Assembly: GCA_050950165.1 (NCBI GenBank)
Contig: JBMNHC010000001.1
Span: 453,744 to 517,743, forward strand
Length of the DNA: 64,000 bases
Reading direction: 5' to 3'
Source of the DNA: Candidatus Dojkabacteria bacterium
GTDB lineage: Bacteria > Patescibacteriota > Dojkabacteria > SC72
A model generated the notes under the pieces. The model was not told the DNA's origin, made no database searches, and worked only from the letters and a program-made list of their open reading frames with translations. Positions 1 to 7,905 of the stretch are shown one piece after another; the stretch's first letter is position 1, and every line of letters starts with the position of its first letter. The position numbers and the translations under genes were made by a program.

Positions 1-217
1 ACAGTACATTTCAATGCTATTATATCTCTTTTTACCTTAGCCATATTCTTTGAGAACCGAATTAATAATTAAGATATTATGGGAAATACAAAGTATTATA
101 TGTAAATATTTACAGTAGGTCAAATGGCTTTAGGCATAAATGTTTACATAGGTTTCTTCTATCATGTTTCTTTCTATGCTATTATTTAATATATTTAAAC
201 TTTTATCTGGTTTATGT

Positions 218-1087
218 ATGGAGAAAGGAAGGGAGGGCTTAAGTATGGATGAAGCTGTGGAGGTGGTAAAGAATACTATGGATCGGGTACCTGAAATTGA
301 TAGGAGAGAGTTTTTGAAGGGGTCTGCTTTTGTAATTGGAGTGGCAGTCCTTTCAGCTTGTGGTATTAATTTAGAAGAGTTAGGGGAAGAAGGAGATGTA
401 AATACACAGCCTGAAATTGTTCCAGATATTCCAAAAGAAGATGTTAGTGAGCCTGTGCTAGAGGGAATAGAGGCAGAGTACGCAGAGTGGGGATATACCT
501 TGGTTAAAGAGCCTTTTAAGTTAGATACAAGTAAATTTGTATTAGGTGCTCCTAATTTTAATACAGCTCTTTCCGAAGGATTTAACTTTGGTCCAATTAA
601 TGAAGAGGGTAAGTCATATACATTGCAGTATGGTGATGAGAGTAGGGTGGTTACATATTTGCACTACACAGGGCAGAAGCCTCCAGTTGTTGGTGAGATA
701 TTGCCTTTGATATATAAATTGCCAGAGGGTGCTAAACAGAAGGGTTTAAAGGTTGCTCCTTATGCAATCTCTAATCCAGAGAATGTTTCTGAGAATGTAG
801 TATTTGATTCTGAATCAGAATACTACATTATTCCTATTATCACTTCAGGTTCTAATAGTGGGGTAGTTCCTGTAACTAGTAATGGAGAGATAGTGAATTC
901 ATATTATAAAGCTTTTGAGATAAAGGTAGATCCTGTATCTCAAAATCCTGAAGGTTATACTTCTTGGGCACTACTTAGACAGAACAATGAGAAGATCATT
1001 GTCGAGGGTGTTGTAAACAATACTGATGCAAAAATGTATGTTGATTTCAGAAATGCTCCTCAGGAGATTATAGATATATATTCTTAA
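218..1087 (+). CDS. Putative lipoprotein with twin-arginine-like signal
   Basis: ORF 164..1087; ATG at 218 preferred. Contains DRREFLK, a hydrophobic stretch and lipobox LSA-C, then an acidic/Pro linker. No family recognised. Confidence 0.6.
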   Translation: MEKGREGLSMDEAVEVVKNTMDRVPEIDRREFLKGSAFVIGVAVLSACGINLEELGEEGDVNTQPEIVPDIPKEDVSEPVLEGIEAEYAEWGYTLVKEPFKLDTSKFVLGAPNFNTALSEGFNFGPINEEGKSYTLQYGDESRVVTYLHYTGQKPPVVGEILPLIYKLPEGAKQKGLKVAPYAISNPENVSENVVFDSESEYYIIPIITSGSNSGVVPVTSNGEIVNSYYKAFEIKVDPVSQNPEGYTSWALLRQNNEKIIVEGVVNNTDAKMYVDFRNAPQEIIDIYS

Positions 1088-1092
1088 AAGAG

Positions 1093-1166
1093 AGCTGGAT
1101 CTGAGAGTCGAACTCAGGACCTCATTCTTACCATGAATGTGCTCTAACCAACTGAGCTAATCCAGC
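1093..1166 (-). tRNA. tRNA-Thr(GGT)
   Basis: Reverse complement folds as a cloverleaf: acceptor GCTGGAT/ATCCAGC, anticodon stem CATTC/GAATG around GGT, T-loop TTCGACT. CCA not encoded. Confidence 0.95.
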
Positions 1167-1216
1167 ATAGAAAGGATTATACTAACAAACTAAGTATTTA
1201 ACAATTTTAATCTCTT

Positions 1217-1951
1217 CTACTTCTCTTTAAGAGTTGCAGTTCTTTTTAGGAACAGAATCCAAAGAGGTATAGTTAATGCAACAAGAGCGAGTGCTAATGC
1301 TGGAGCTTCAGGTGTAGAGGAAAGAATTTCTTTATTAGTAGAGAGTATATAGTTGGTTAATTGGTATGTTGCAATTGGGATTGTGATTAATCCGATTACA
1401 CTATAAACGATTAATGATACAAAGAGATATACCTTGTTTAACCATAGGTATCTATCCTTACTCTTAATTCTAGAGAGTGCAAATTGATGCATAGCAAAGA
1501 GTATTACCATAGATACGAATACAGTTATTCCATTTATTAAATCAGTTTTCTGTATCTCTGTATCAAAGCAGTAAGTAGAACCTTTGTATACAACTGGTTC
1601 TCCTGTATGACATTCTTTAAACTCTTCTGGTTTTAGAGTAGGATCATACAGTTTTGCATCTTCAAAGACTTCTGCTTGATAGAGAGAGTATGAGAAGGGT
1701 ACATCAAATTTGTATGATAGAGCTGCTCTAATAGCGATTGTAGCACCAACAATTCCAATAATCATAGATAAAAAGAGTATTAGGTATAGATATGTTTGAA
1801 AGAGTAGTCTAGTTGTTACTTTGAATTCTCCTGCTTTACTACTTTCTTTTGCTTTTATAGATTGAACTATAATATACACAATAGCACCAACTACAGTAGC
1901 ACCCACAACTGTTGTAGTTATCATAATGATAAGTCCTAACATATCGCTCAT
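1217..1951 (-). CDS. Multi-pass membrane protein (DUF5671-like repeats possible)
   Basis: About 5 hydrophobic segments; YLYL..F.S and YLFVSL..Y.V patterns repeat; small periplasmic Cys pair. Confidence 0.6.
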   Translation of the reverse strand: MSDMLGLIIMITTTVVGATVVGAIVYIIVQSIKAKESSKAGEFKVTTRLLFQTYLYLILFLSMIIGIVGATIAIRAALSYKFDVPFSYSLYQAEVFEDAKLYDPTLKPEEFKECHTGEPVVYKGSTYCFDTEIQKTDLINGITVFVSMVILFAMHQFALSRIKSKDRYLWLNKVYLFVSLIVYSVIGLITIPIATYQLTNYILSTNKEILSSTPEAPALALALVALTIPLWILFLKRTATLKEK

Positions 1952-2021
1952 AGAGAGTTCTTTTTAATTTATATATTAAAAAGTATACACAAGAGGAAAA
2001 ATATTTTAACAGTATAGAGAG

Positions 2022-2104
2022 TGCAGGGAACTGGATTTGAACCAGTGAATCCCGAAGGAGTCGGTTTTACAGACCGATGCGTTTGACCGCTCCGCCATCC
2101 CTGC
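2022..2104 (-). tRNA. tRNA-Tyr(GTA)
   Basis: Acceptor GCAGGGA/TCCCTGC, anticodon arm TCGGT-CTGTAAA-ACCGA, long variable arm with TTCG loop. Confidence 0.95.
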
Positions 2105-2108
2105 ACAT

Positions 2109-2185
2109 TGGAGCCGAAGGAGAGATTCGAACTCTCGACCTATTGTTTACAAAACAATTGCTCTGACCAACTGAGCTACTTCGGC
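2109..2185 (-). tRNA. tRNA-Thr(TGT)
   Basis: Acceptor GCCGAAG/CTTCGGC, anticodon arm ATTGT-TTTGTAA-ACAAT, GTTCGAATC T-arm, CCA encoded. Confidence 0.95.
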
Positions 2186-2198
2186 CTTTACAATCGCA

Positions 2199-2227
2199 AG
2201 TTTAATATATACTGAAAATATAGTCAA
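2199..2227 (-). promoter_or_regulatory. Sigma70-type promoter of the tRNA-Thr/Tyr cluster
   Basis: TTGACT-17 nt-TAAACT on the minus strand, 13 nt upstream of tRNA-Thr(TGT). Confidence 0.7.
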
Positions 2228-2234
2228 TAAAAAA

Positions 2235-2368
2235 GCCCAGTCGGAGAGGGATCATAGAGCTCAAACCGATTAGGTGGATATCCTCAACTTAAACCCAAGG
2301 GTCTAAGCGATTTTGGAAATCCGAGCTCTTGCTTGTAGAGCTATGAAACCTCTTTACCCAACCAGGCC
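2235..2368 (-). ncRNA. Structured rod-shaped small RNA, 6S RNA-like
   Basis: GC-richer intergenic block whose ends pair (GCCUGGUUGGG/UCCGACUGGGC, 4 G-U pairs that fix the strand). Further stems, an internal bubble and an apical CUUG-capped hairpin; 3' U-tract; own promoter. Confidence 0.65.
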
Positions 2369-2374
2369 ATTCAT

Positions 2375-2403
2375 ATTCTACAATATTTAGAAGAGGGTGT
2401 ACA
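2375..2403 (-). promoter_or_regulatory. Promoter of the putative ncRNA
   Basis: TGTACA-17 nt-TAGAAT; predicted start at about 2368 coincides with the 5' end of the fold. Confidence 0.55.
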
Positions 2404-2435
2404 GATTATATATTACTGCTTAACAACGATATTTC

Positions 2436-3065
2436 TTAAAACCCTAATATTTTTAGTAAAGTGGAGAGAGTATTACTGATGAAAGAGAAAAGAAGCTTAG
2501 AGATTGGTGAGAAAGGGAGAATAATAATCAGTATTAAAATTATGGAGTATCTCTCTAATAGCTCCCAGTAGTATCTAAGCTTAGGAGGAAGTATTGCTCT
2601 AACAATTTTATGACCATCTAAAGGAGGTATCGGTATTAAATTAAATACAGCGAGTGCGATATTAATAGTGGCAAATGAGTATAGTAAGAATACTATAAGA
2701 GGGCTTGTGTTGGATGGTAGTACCATATGTAGTAGACCTGTAAGTAATGCTAGTAAAAGGTTAGATAGTGGACCTGCAAGTGCTACGATTGCTGTGTGGA
2801 GTTCTCTTTTTGTAAAATTATACTCATTTATTGGAACAGGTTTGCTCCAACCAAATCTAAAAAGAATCATAAATATTGCCCCTATTGGATCTATATGCTT
2901 TAGAGGATTAAGTGTTAATCTACCTTCTGCCTTAGCTGTTGCATCTCCTAACTTGTAAGCAGTATATGCATGAGCATACTCATGTACTGTTGCAGCTACC
3001 AATATTGATGGTATCGCTACCATTATCCAATACATATATTCAGTTATCCAAGAAAAATCTATCAT
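2436..3065 (-). CDS. Site-2 protease (M50, SpoIVFB-like) membrane metalloprotease
   Basis: HEYAH, LAGP and NLIPIPPLDG motifs; ATG 3065 preferred over 3101. Confidence 0.9.
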   Translation of the reverse strand: MIDFSWITEYMYWIMVAIPSILVAATVHEYAHAYTAYKLGDATAKAEGRLTLNPLKHIDPIGAIFMILFRFGWSKPVPINEYNFTKRELHTAIVALAGPLSNLLLALLTGLLHMVLPSNTSPLIVFLLYSFATINIALAVFNLIPIPPLDGHKIVRAILPPKLRYYWELLERYSIILILIIILPFSPISKLLFSFISNTLSTLLKILGF

Positions 3066-3131
3066 AATCTTGATAAAAAGGAATCTTTTTGATAATATCA
3101 CTTAGGTTCTAATTCTTCAATTAAGAAAGAT

Positions 3132-3344
3132 ATGGCAAAAGTTTGTGAATTGTGTGGAAAATCTACAACTGCTGGAAAAAGTATTCAGCATCATCACGCT
3201 ATCAAGTGGCGATATCGAGCACCTAAGAGTACTCGTGCATTTAAACCTAATCTAAGAAAGATTAAGGTTGATTTGGATGGAAAAGTGCAGAGTATATATA
3301 CCTGTATGAAGTGCTACAAAAGGCTTCAGAAAGATTCAGAGTAG
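3132..3344 (+). CDS. rpmB: 50S ribosomal protein L28
   Basis: MAKVCELCGK...R.FKPNL...CMKC, Zn-type bL28. Confidence 0.93.
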   Translation: MAKVCELCGKSTTAGKSIQHHHAIKWRYRAPKSTRAFKPNLRKIKVDLDGKVQSIYTCMKCYKRLQKDSE

Positions 3345-3417
3345 GTATTGTAAAAATTTCCTCGTATTGAGTAAATATTAGTGATAGAATCATTTAAATA
3401 AAGTGACTTGTTTTTTT

Positions 3418-4473
3418 ATGTCTATTTTTAACTCAATTTGGGAACTGTTTACATATGATTTAGGTATAGATTTGGGGACAGCCAATACCATGGTTTACCT
3501 AAGAGGAGAAGGTATTGTTGTTTCTGAACCATCAGTTGTTGCTGTCGAGAAAAAGAGTAAGATGGTACTTGCTGTAGGTCAAGAAGCAAGAGAGATGATA
3601 GGGAGAACGCCAGCTAATATTGTTGCAGTAAGACCACTGAAGGATGGAGTAGTTTCTGATTTTGATACTACACAGGCCATGATATATCATTTCATACGTA
3701 GTGCGCATAAAAACTACATTAAAGGTTTTAAGATTCCAAGACCAAGAGTTGTTGTAGGTGTCCCTTCTTCTGTATCAGAGGTAGAGAGACAAGCTGTAAT
3801 AGATGCAGCAAAAACTGCGGGAGCAAGAGACGTCTTCATTGTGGAAGAATCTATGGCAGCTGCAATTGGGGTAGGATTACCGATAGAGGATGCTTCAGGT
3901 AGTATGATAGTGGATATTGGAGGTGGTACTACTGGAATAGCGATTCTTTCATTAGGAGATATTGTTGTAGATAATACAGTTAGGATAGCTGGTGATGAGA
4001 TAACGCAGGATATCATTAACTATGTTAGAGATAAGTATAATATTTTGATAGGTGATAGGACTGCAGAAGATATTAAGATAGAGATAGGTTCTGCTTCTCC
4101 TCTTAAAGATGAGAAAGAGGTTGAATTACAAGGTAGAGATCTTTTAACTGGTCTTCCTAAGTCTATCAACTTTAGTAGTATTGAAGCTCGTGAAGCAATT
4201 ATGGTCTCACTAGGACAGATAACTGAGGCAGTAAAAGATGCAATAGAGGATACACCTCCAGAACTTCTTAAAGATATTTTTAATGATGGTGTGTATGTAG
4301 CAGGAGGTGGTGCACTCATTAAAGGATTAGATAAATATTGGGAGGAGGAGCTTAATATTCCAATTAAGATAGTTGATGATCCTCTCTCTGCAGTTGCTAG
4401 GGGAACTGCATCTATGTTAGATCATATAGATTTACTTCAGAAGGTACAGAAATCTTGGGAAGAACTTATTTAA
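3418..4473 (+). CDS. mreB: Rod shape-determining protein MreB
   Basis: DLGIDLGTAN, EPSVVA, VDIGGGTT, AGGGAL; ATG 3418 preferred. Confidence 0.97.
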   Translation: MSIFNSIWELFTYDLGIDLGTANTMVYLRGEGIVVSEPSVVAVEKKSKMVLAVGQEAREMIGRTPANIVAVRPLKDGVVSDFDTTQAMIYHFIRSAHKNYIKGFKIPRPRVVVGVPSSVSEVERQAVIDAAKTAGARDVFIVEESMAAAIGVGLPIEDASGSMIVDIGGGTTGIAILSLGDIVVDNTVRIAGDEITQDIINYVRDKYNILIGDRTAEDIKIEIGSASPLKDEKEVELQGRDLLTGLPKSINFSSIEAREAIMVSLGQITEAVKDAIEDTPPELLKDIFNDGVYVAGGGALIKGLDKYWEEELNIPIKIVDDPLSAVARGTASMLDHIDLLQKVQKSWEELI

Positions 4474-4487
4474 CTCTCTATACCTAG

Positions 4488-5303
4488 ATGTTTAAAGAGA
4501 TATCTAAAAGAAAAATAGTACAACCTTTTCTGTTTCTCTTGTTAGGTTTTTTCTTTCTCTTTCTAAGTAAGTTTAGTTTACTTGATACTGTTCGTTTTGC
4601 ATTCTCATATATATTTGAACCATTTTCATCTGTAGCACATGAGTGGCAAGGGTCTGTTACTAATTGGGGCTCTCTTCTTCTAGATGCATCTTCATATATT
4701 GAGGAGAATAGGGAGCTTAAAGAGGAGATATTAGAGATAAGGAGTAGTCAGAGTAATATACTTAATGTAGAAGAGTATGAGATTTTAAAAAAACAGAAAG
4801 GAATTATACGAGGGGAAGATAGGTATGTTTTAGCCAAGGTATTGGGTCATTCAGATCATGGAGAGATATTTTTAAATGTTGGTATAGATGATGGTGTTAA
4901 AGAGGGAGATATTGTTTCTTTAGGGAATGTTTTTCTAGGTATTGTTTCTACTGCTGATAAAGAGGGGGCATTGGTAAAACTTCCGATTAGTAGAGATAGT
5001 AGTTTTGAAGTAGCAATTCTTCCTGCTACTGTAGAAAAAACAGTTGTTTTAGATGGATATATTAAATCTAAAGGTGTAATTACAGGTAATTTAGATGGAA
5101 TAAGGGTAGAGAATATAGGTATTAACTCTGAAGTAGTAGATGGTGATATTGTGATTTTAAGAGATGAGCGCGTAGGAGAGATTCTTGTAGTAGGTAGGGT
5201 AATTGGTCTTTCAAAAAATCCTGCTTCTACATCTAAAACAGGTTTTGTATCTCCTATATATGATTTTGTTAATTTAATATCTGTATTTGTTAAAGTAGAT
5301 TAA
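4488..5303 (+). CDS. mreC: Rod shape-determining protein MreC
   Basis: N-terminal TM, coiled coil (EENRELKEE), G..DGVKEGD beta domain; follows mreB. Confidence 0.88.
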   Translation: MFKEISKRKIVQPFLFLLLGFFFLFLSKFSLLDTVRFAFSYIFEPFSSVAHEWQGSVTNWGSLLLDASSYIEENRELKEEILEIRSSQSNILNVEEYEILKKQKGIIRGEDRYVLAKVLGHSDHGEIFLNVGIDDGVKEGDIVSLGNVFLGIVSTADKEGALVKLPISRDSSFEVAILPATVEKTVVLDGYIKSKGVITGNLDGIRVENIGINSEVVDGDIVILRDERVGEILVVGRVIGLSKNPASTSKTGFVSPIYDFVNLISVFVKVD

Positions 5304-5304
5304 T

Positions 5305-5802
5305 ATGATAGAGATATTGCTTGGTACAGTAGGTATATTTGGAGTAGTCTTTCTAGAACATTTCTTCTGGGGTATCTCTGGTCTCTCAATATTTTTTCTT
5401 TTAGCAGTAAATACATGGGGTAGAATAGATTCGAGAGTTTTTGCTGTCTTTGGAATTCTTACCTCTTTAGCACTAGATGTGGTAGCACATCAGCCTCTCG
5501 GTTTTCATCTTGTAATGTTAGGTATACTTCTGCTTCTTTACTCTGTAATTAGCAATTTTGCTCAACTGGAGGGTAGAGTTAGTAGATATGTAGGGCTTTT
5601 CTTACTGTTTCTTTCTCTCTACTTTTTAGATTTAATCGTGCTTTCTTTGGTAAGTAGTAGTACATTTCCTCTTTTTACCTCAAATATTGTATTAAAGATT
5701 TTACTTAATACAGTAATTTCTACAGTAATATGCTTTGTAATAGATTTACTGTTTTCTGGCTTTAGAGAAGGTAAAGGGTTTGAAAAGATTAGATTAAAGT
5801 AA
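5305..5802 (+). CDS. mreD: Rod shape-determining protein MreD (divergent)
   Basis: 165 aa, about 5 TM, G...D.....PLG pattern, between mreC and PBP2. Confidence 0.75.
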   Translation: MIEILLGTVGIFGVVFLEHFFWGISGLSIFFLLAVNTWGRIDSRVFAVFGILTSLALDVVAHQPLGFHLVMLGILLLLYSVISNFAQLEGRVSRYVGLFLLFLSLYFLDLIVLSLVSSSTFPLFTSNIVLKILLNTVISTVICFVIDLLFSGFREGKGFEKIRLK

Positions 5803-5808
5803 AAATAT

Positions 5809-7824
5809 ATGGAGATAAAGGTAGATAAAAAATTAAAAGAGAAAAGACTTACTCCTTCATCATCTAAATGGAGTGGTAGTAAAGGTGTTCCTTCTTTAAA
5901 AGAGAGATTTAAGAGAGAGTTAAAGAGAGGGTCTAAGATTTTAGATGTTTCTCCTTGGAACTTAATTTATGCATTTTTACTCTTCTTTGTTTTCTTCGGA
6001 ATATTAATTAGTAGTATTGCTCAGTTGCAGATAATTGAGGGGAGTGAGATGGCTATGAGGTCTGAGAGAAATAAGGTGAGGATTAGTAAGGTAATGGCTC
6101 CTAGAGGAATTATCTTTGATGCAGATGGTACTAAATTGGTAGAAAACCTTCCCTCTATGAACCTTTACCTTTCGCTAGAGCCATATTTGGATAAGAAGGG
6201 GGAGCTAGATAGTGAGAAATTAGAAGAGTCGCTAGATACCCTCGGGGGTATACTTGGAGATAGCTGGAAGAAGAGCGGATCTAGTGAAAACGAGGTGTAT
6301 GATTCTCTTCTGGATAGAGTATATTCAATATATTCATCATCACCATACTTTAGAAAGATATTAATTGCTCAAGATTTGGATAATGAGATGGTTATTAAAA
6401 TTAAAGCTAGATTTACAGATATATTAGGTTTGGATATAGATAATGGGAATAAAAGAAGATATATATATGATGAATACTTTACTCATATCTTAGGGTATAC
6501 AGGAGAAGCATCTAAAGCAGATATTGAGAAGTTCGAGTCAGTAGAGAGTGGAGATATTGTAGGTAAAACAGGAGTAGAGAGATATTACAATGAGCAGTTT
6601 CAAGGTGAGCATGGACAATTAGCACAAGAGATAGATGTTTTTGGTAGATCTGTTTCTGAAAAACCTTACCTTCTTAAAGAGGTTGTTGCAGGTAAAAATC
6701 TCTACCTTACTGTTAAGAAGGATATGCAGACTAAATTGTATGACCTTCTTGCAGAAGCTGTAGGAAGAGTAGGTGCTGCGGGAGGAGCAGGAGTTATTGA
6801 AGATGTTAGAAATGGAGAGATATTAGCCATTGTTAGCTATCCTGGATATGATGGTAATCTCTTTGTAGGTGGAATATCTCAAAGTGATTACTCTAGTTTG
6901 TTAAACAACAAACTTAATCCACTACTTAATCGTGCTCTTGCTGCTCAGATACCTCCAGGTTCTACATTCAAAACATTAGTTGCTGTAGGTGGATTGGATG
7001 CTAAGGTGATAACAAGAAACACAATATATGTTAGTAGAGCAGGATATTCCTTTTCTAATGGAGCACCATTTCAAGAGTTTAGAAAAAGTGTATACGGTCC
7101 TTTAAATGTAGTAGATGCACTCTCTGTTTCATCTAATATATATTTCTGTGAGCTAATTAGAAAATGGGATATGAATGAGTTAGTCCCATATCTAGAGAAA
7201 TTTGGTATAGGGAAGTATACAGGTATAGATATTCCTGGAGAAGCTCCTGGTAGAATGCCCTCTCCAGAAAACAAAATTAAGTTAGCTAATACAAGTAGTC
7301 CGTGGTTAGAACCGATATGGTATCCGGAAGGAGACTCCTGTAATGCAGTAATTGGACAAGGTATTACTCTTGTAACTCCAATTCAAATGTCTAACTGGAT
7401 GGCAGCAATAGCTAACGGTGGTACTTTGTATACCCCTCATGTAGCAAAGAAATTTGTAGATGAGAAAGGCTTTGAATATCCAGTAGAACCTACAGTTCTT
7501 TCCAATACGGGCGTATCCAAAGAAGTATTAGATATCGTCAAAAGAGGTATGTGGGGTACAGTAAATAGCTCAAGAGGAATAGTGAGTTCTCTTTCAAATG
7601 TGGGTACCTCTGTTGCAGCAAAAACAGGAACTGCAGAGTTCGGTAAGGTTAACGAGAAAGGTGTGTATGAAGATACTCACGCTTGGGTTGCAGGTTTCTT
7701 CCCGTATGAAAATCCTAGATATTCATTCTCAATATTTTTAGAAGACGGAGGTATGAGCAGTAACGCTTCCAAAGTAATGAGAGAGATGATTATCTGGATG
7801 GTAAACAACGGATTTGTTGATTAA
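5809..7824 (+). CDS. mrdA: Penicillin-binding protein 2
   Basis: APRG.I.D dimerisation domain; SxxK (STFK), SxN (SSN) and KTG motifs. Confidence 0.93.
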   Translation: MEIKVDKKLKEKRLTPSSSKWSGSKGVPSLKERFKRELKRGSKILDVSPWNLIYAFLLFFVFFGILISSIAQLQIIEGSEMAMRSERNKVRISKVMAPRGIIFDADGTKLVENLPSMNLYLSLEPYLDKKGELDSEKLEESLDTLGGILGDSWKKSGSSENEVYDSLLDRVYSIYSSSPYFRKILIAQDLDNEMVIKIKARFTDILGLDIDNGNKRRYIYDEYFTHILGYTGEASKADIEKFESVESGDIVGKTGVERYYNEQFQGEHGQLAQEIDVFGRSVSEKPYLLKEVVAGKNLYLTVKKDMQTKLYDLLAEAVGRVGAAGGAGVIEDVRNGEILAIVSYPGYDGNLFVGGISQSDYSSLLNNKLNPLLNRALAAQIPPGSTFKTLVAVGGLDAKVITRNTIYVSRAGYSFSNGAPFQEFRKSVYGPLNVVDALSVSSNIYFCELIRKWDMNELVPYLEKFGIGKYTGIDIPGEAPGRMPSPENKIKLANTSSPWLEPIWYPEGDSCNAVIGQGITLVTPIQMSNWMAAIANGGTLYTPHVAKKFVDEKGFEYPVEPTVLSNTGVSKEVLDIVKRGMWGTVNSSRGIVSSLSNVGTSVAAKTGTAEFGKVNEKGVYEDTHAWVAGFFPYENPRYSFSIFLEDGGMSSNASKVMREMIIWMVNNGFVD

Positions 7825-7905
7825 GAAAAATGTAAGAAAAAGATAGTAGTATATATATGAGAGGGTTTGACATATATTTAAACATTGTGTATTTTTAGCT
7901 TCTGT

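Noticed and set aside
2235-2368. SRP RNA, T-box or simple terminator
   Set aside because: No SRP domain-IV GNRA/AGCAG motif or T-box sequence; too long and multi-stemmed for a terminator, and the tRNAs downstream have their own promoter.
3418-7824. Absence of rodA from the mreBCD-PBP2 cluster
   Set aside because: rodA is often encoded elsewhere; cannot be judged from one window.
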